From positions 1-64,000 of IMG/VR virus record IMGVR_UViG_3300005056_000001: DNA of 64,000 nt, one strand, 5' to 3'. This DNA comes from a virus. A model generated the notes under the pieces. The model searched no databases, had not been told where the DNA came from, and was given only the letters and a program-made list of their open reading frames with translations. Of this stretch, positions 60,362 to 64,000 are shown in pieces (position 1 is the stretch's first letter; every line of letters begins with the position of its first letter). The position numbers were made by a program, and so were the translations under genes.

Positions 60362-63328
60362 TTACACAATCTTAGAAGTTCCCCATGACAGACTTTTCTT
60401 GCCGTCATTGTCCTCGGTGCGCTCCATTAGATTATCAAACAAAGTCGAATCAATTCCAAATTCTTCAAATACTCCATCAAGCGTGGCGGTGTCTTTGGTT
60501 TTGATAAACTCGTTAATTTTTTCTTTGTCCATTAGCAGGGCCAAGATGTTTTTTTCTATTGTTCCGTCATACGACACGAAATGTACATCAGTATGATTCA
60601 CAGAATTATAACGAATGAAACGGAAATAAAACTGTTCCATTCTTGGGATATTCCATTGAAGACCCTCGATGATTACCTTGTCACAAGTCGGAATGTTAAC
60701 CGATGACTTCAGGGATTGTTGTGTGCATACCAAAATACCATTCTCTGTGGCCTCGAATCTGTCTAGGATTGGTTGACGCTTGTCGATACTTACGTCCCCT
60801 GTAATCACAAAAATTTGACGCTCAGGAAAAAGAATTGTAAGGTTTTCGACATATAGTTTTATGGTTTCTTTTCGGGTACATCCAATTGCAACTTTTTCGT
60901 CAAATTTTTGACACAATTGGGCAATTTTATAAAACTTGGTTGGTAGGTCTCCCTTGTAATCCGAAAATGAATTCGGGGTACTACATGCCTTGTACAACAA
61001 TTGCATTTGGCGAACTATTCTGAGGGCAGCATCTTTTCGTGTGCTGCCTGTTGACCCATAAAACTCGCTGATTATGCGGTGGAACTCACGGATTATCACG
61101 CCATAAATTCTTGCCTCATCGGCTGTTTGGTTCACATACTCTGTGTGTACCGTGAATTTTTCTCCTGCAATTTCTTTGAATTTTCTTGTTATGATTGATT
61201 GGTCAATGATCGAGACCAATTTGTCTTGATTGAAAACGTCTTGGTTTTGTTTCTTGATTCCAAAAACGGTTGCCTTGGAAGGATTAAAACAAGACTTGAA
61301 TTGTCCGAATCCCAAACGTGCCTTGTATGGCTGCATGTGGTTTTTATTGTCACGACTTTTTATGTCGCCTTCCTTGTTTTGGACATAGGTCATTTTACAG
61401 GAGTCCAACATATTCACAGAATTATTGAACAACAATTCTAATTGTGGGTATAGTTCTGTGATATTGTTTCTTGTGGTGGTTCCTGTTGCCAAAAACTTTC
61501 TTTTAACACGTCTAAAAATGTCACGGCTTGCACGAGATCGTTTTGATGTGTTTGAACAAATTTCGTCGGACTCATCCATGACAAGACAAACCTTATTACT
61601 CAACGACTTAACCAATTTTTGTAGCTCTTTTTTGAACTTGATAAGCATATTAAAACTAATCAACACAATAGAACCACTGTTTAAAATATGGCTTCTTTTG
61701 GTTATTATGGTATACTCCTCGCCCTGTGTATTCAAAAACTCTGTCCATGTTGTTTTAATGGCCAAAGAAGGAGCCACTATAAATGTTTTTTTGACTTTTG
61801 GTTGGTTGTATTTTGCAAATGCATAACACCCGCCCGTTTTTCCGCAACCCTGTTGCCAATTACAGATTGAATATTGTTTTTGTAAAAAAAGGTTTAGGTC
61901 ATGCGCCTGTATATTATTAAACTTACAGGTCACGGTTTTTTTGTTGCCTAATTTGTCGGTGTCTTCTCTCAGAAAACTAAAATCTTTTAACCATGCAGCA
62001 ATAGACTCACTTTGGGTCATTTCTGAAAATGGTGTTGTTATCTTTTTATTCTCTGCGATCTTGCGTGTGATCAGTTTATTGTATGGGTGGTCAAGATCTT
62101 TTGTCGGTATAAGGTTGGTACCCAACACCAAGTCGCTAAGGGAATACTTTTTCTTTTGTGCCTTTGGGGCCTTACCCTTGACAACAAAGCCATGACGGTG
62201 TTTTACGACTCTTAGAGTCTTGTTGGCCGCCTTTTTATTTTGGGTCTTAACAATTCTTTTTAGATAGGCAAGAACCTTGTTTTCGGTAAGCATTTTCTTG
62301 CTCCATTCGCTGTCCTCCATGCCCATTGGCTTGGTCTGTGTATTGAATTTTTCGATATACGAAATCGCACTGTCCAACTTGGCAGATATTTCGCCGTGTT
62401 GCTTGATTTCAAAAAGGTATTTCTTGACTCTAAACCCAAAATCATCATTTGTTAGCGACTTGTTAAACTCAAGACGTAACGCCGATTTAATATTGTGGCG
62501 CAATGCCAATTTCTTGGAAATTTCTGATTTTGTGCTAACACTATTCGTGTAAGGAACATCCTTGAGATGTTCGGACTTTTTTTGAAGATAGATAACCTTG
62601 GTATTATAATTCTTTACCCCCAAGGCACCAAAGGCATCATTTGTCAGTTGATATTGACCCACGAAATTAAACATCCTGTCTAGGTCATTTATTTGAGACT
62701 TATAATACATCTCGTCGCCAAGGTACGAAGTCGGAACAATGGCCGCCACAACCCCGCCATTTTTTAACATCTTGGCACACATTTTAAAAAACAGTGCATG
62801 GCTTCTGACATGCGTGTTTGTTTCGGTGTCGAACCACTCAAGACTAAAAGGAGGATTGCCCAACACGACATCAAACTTATTTTCGATGGTATTGTTTGGC
62901 AGACTTGCCTCGGTAAAGTCTGCATCAGGATACAGACGGTTGGCAACCTGCACAGACTTTGGACAAATATCCATCCCATGAAAAACGGATTCGTTAGGCA
63001 CAAAATTACAAAACACACCCATTCCACATGTCGGATCCACAATCAATTCGTTTGAGGCAAGACCCACGATATCCACAATATCACTTGCAATCATGGCAGG
63101 TGTATAAAATTGGCCATTCTCGACCTCCTTTTTTGCTGCCGAGTACTCATAGTAATTACGATAGTCTTTAAATTCTAAACCATGCAACCCTCCATCACCC
63201 GTATAGGCATTAAAAATTTGCTCATTGCTAATGGCAGCGGAATCCAATTGGATTGCCATTAAGATCTTACTATTGACCGTTTTGCGGTGGTCTTGTGGTA
63301 TTGTATCGGTAAGGATATTGTATTTCAT
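60362..63328 (-). CDS. N6-adenine DNA methyltransferase fused to an SNF2-family helicase (988 aa)
   Basis: The MTase motifs are GQFYTP, VDPTCGMGVF (motif I) and VLGNPPFS (motif IV, codons around 62846-62857). The helicase motifs are QQGCGKTG (Walker A), LVMDESDE (DExD), LATGTTTRNN (SNF2 motif III) and a C-terminal lobe ILVCTQQSLKSSVNI. Confidence 0.85.
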   Translation of the reverse strand: MKYNILTDTIPQDHRKTVNSKILMAIQLDSAAISNEQIFNAYTGDGGLHGLEFKDYRNYYEYSAAKKEVENGQFYTPAMIASDIVDIVGLASNELIVDPTCGMGVFCNFVPNESVFHGMDICPKSVQVANRLYPDADFTEASLPNNTIENKFDVVLGNPPFSLEWFDTETNTHVRSHALFFKMCAKMLKNGGVVAAIVPTSYLGDEMYYKSQINDLDRMFNFVGQYQLTNDAFGALGVKNYNTKVIYLQKKSEHLKDVPYTNSVSTKSEISKKLALRHNIKSALRLEFNKSLTNDDFGFRVKKYLFEIKQHGEISAKLDSAISYIEKFNTQTKPMGMEDSEWSKKMLTENKVLAYLKRIVKTQNKKAANKTLRVVKHRHGFVVKGKAPKAQKKKYSLSDLVLGTNLIPTKDLDHPYNKLITRKIAENKKITTPFSEMTQSESIAAWLKDFSFLREDTDKLGNKKTVTCKFNNIQAHDLNLFLQKQYSICNWQQGCGKTGGCYAFAKYNQPKVKKTFIVAPSLAIKTTWTEFLNTQGEEYTIITKRSHILNSGSIVLISFNMLIKFKKELQKLVKSLSNKVCLVMDESDEICSNTSKRSRASRDIFRRVKRKFLATGTTTRNNITELYPQLELLFNNSVNMLDSCKMTYVQNKEGDIKSRDNKNHMQPYKARLGFGQFKSCFNPSKATVFGIKKQNQDVFNQDKLVSIIDQSIITRKFKEIAGEKFTVHTEYVNQTADEARIYGVIIREFHRIISEFYGSTGSTRKDAALRIVRQMQLLYKACSTPNSFSDYKGDLPTKFYKIAQLCQKFDEKVAIGCTRKETIKLYVENLTILFPERQIFVITGDVSIDKRQPILDRFEATENGILVCTQQSLKSSVNIPTCDKVIIEGLQWNIPRMEQFYFRFIRYNSVNHTDVHFVSYDGTIEKNILALLMDKEKINEFIKTKDTATLDGVFEEFGIDSTLFDNLMERTEDNDGKKSLSWGTSKIV

Positions 63329-63396
63329 GCTATCTGTTTGTTTTTATGATAATGCTAAGGTAGTAATTTTTGGATAGGTGCAAGTGTATTTGGTTA

Positions 63397-63418
63397 TTTT
63401 AACAAAATATTAACACTT
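63397..63418 (-). promoter_or_regulatory. TTAACA-N5-TTAACA element upstream of the MTase-helicase gene
   Basis: ttttaacaaaatattaacactt. There is no clean TAnnTTTG box downstream. The closest is TACACTTG at 63381-63388. Confidence 0.4.
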
Positions 63419-63427
63419 GGGATGTGT

Positions 63428-64000
63428 TTAAACGTTTCGAGTTCCGCAATCCTTAACGATAAACCTGTCAACACCCCATAGCTTTGTAAGATGTTTTTTG
63501 AGCATACTCACATTTTTAATTCGATGGCCAATCGTCCATGTCTTTCGTTCACCATTGTAGTCTGCAAAATACTTTGTACAGGTGCTACGTGTTGAACTGT
63601 AAGGTTTTGATTTCCACGACTCACGTATTTTGTACAACACAAGACTTCCATCAAGACTTTCGAATTTTAAATAATTTTTTGCCTCTACATTACCATTTTC
63701 TGCACGTTTTCTGAATTCATTCATAAACATAAGTCTTGAATTCTTTAACGTCCCAAACATAGCAGCAATAAGTTCTATATTTGTCATGTCTCTCACATCT
63801 TCCTTCTGTACAGTGTAATACTTGTATAGTCTATGCTCATTGTCTTCTACCTTGTCAACGTTGTCTACCGAAATTGGGTTACCACGTTCCATCGAAACCA
63901 AAACTAAGCGTGATTCGATTTCCTTGAACGTTTCAAAAAGAATATTTTTATTGCTCCATATTTCAGAAAGACTATCAACAAACTTACATACTTTTCTTAC
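63428..64000 (-). CDS. Hypothetical protein, probably 5'-truncated by the right edge of the window
   Basis: The track gives 63428-63901 with a TTG start. By hand, the frame has no stop from 63902 to 64000 (...VRKVCKFVDSLSEIWSNKNILFETFKEIESRLVLVSMERG...). The first ATG is at 63892. Confidence 0.5.
   Translation of the reverse strand, partial: VRKVCKFVDSLSEIWSNKNILFETFKEIESRLVLVSMERGNPISVDNVDKVEDNEHRLYKYYTVQKEDVRDMTNIELIAAMFGTLKNSRLMFMNEFRKRAENGNVEAKNYLKFESLDGSLVLYKIRESWKSKPYSSTRSTCTKYFADYNGERKTWTIGHRIKNVSMLKKHLTKLWGVDRFIVKDCGTRNV

Overview
The window is a gene-dense stretch of a large tailed dsDNA phage genome. It holds about 95 mostly short ORFs tiled head-to-tail, about 85% of them on the minus strand, and no cellular housekeeping genes. 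Modules I can support: tail-fibre genes (1-865, which runs off the left edge, and 38105-40374); a 1750-aa AEP primase-polymerase/SF2 helicase fusion (15291-20543); an isolated plus-strand tape-measure-like gene rich in TM segments (21126-24014); a plus-strand replication/transcription island with a RuvC-like resolvase, an SSB and two tandem sigma-like paralogues (40411-44429); a minus-strand tRNA block with Ser-UGA, Tyr-GUA, His-GUG, Ala-UGC and one degenerate tRNA-like gene (50691-51704); a GNAT acetyltransferase and an XRE-type HTH protein; an RNA-ligase-family gene next to a PEP-synthase/PPDK-like phosphotransferase and an LRR protein (53364-57433); and an N6-adenine methyltransferase fused to an SNF2 helicase (60362-63328). 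Accessory or counter-defence-like genes include a patatin-like lipase, three DUF2829 (Tad2-like) paralogues, an HslV-like Ntn hydrolase and a ParB/DUF262-like protein. Intergenic regions are highly patterned. They carry TAnnTTTG boxes and no Shine-Dalgarno sequences, which suggests a Bacteroidota host (inference). They also carry a conserved TTAACA-N5-TTAACA element (9 copies) and hairpin terminators whose mismatches become G-U pairs only in the minus-sense RNA. No rRNA, CRISPR array, integrase or transposase was seen. All functional calls rest on motifs read by eye, because no database search could be run.
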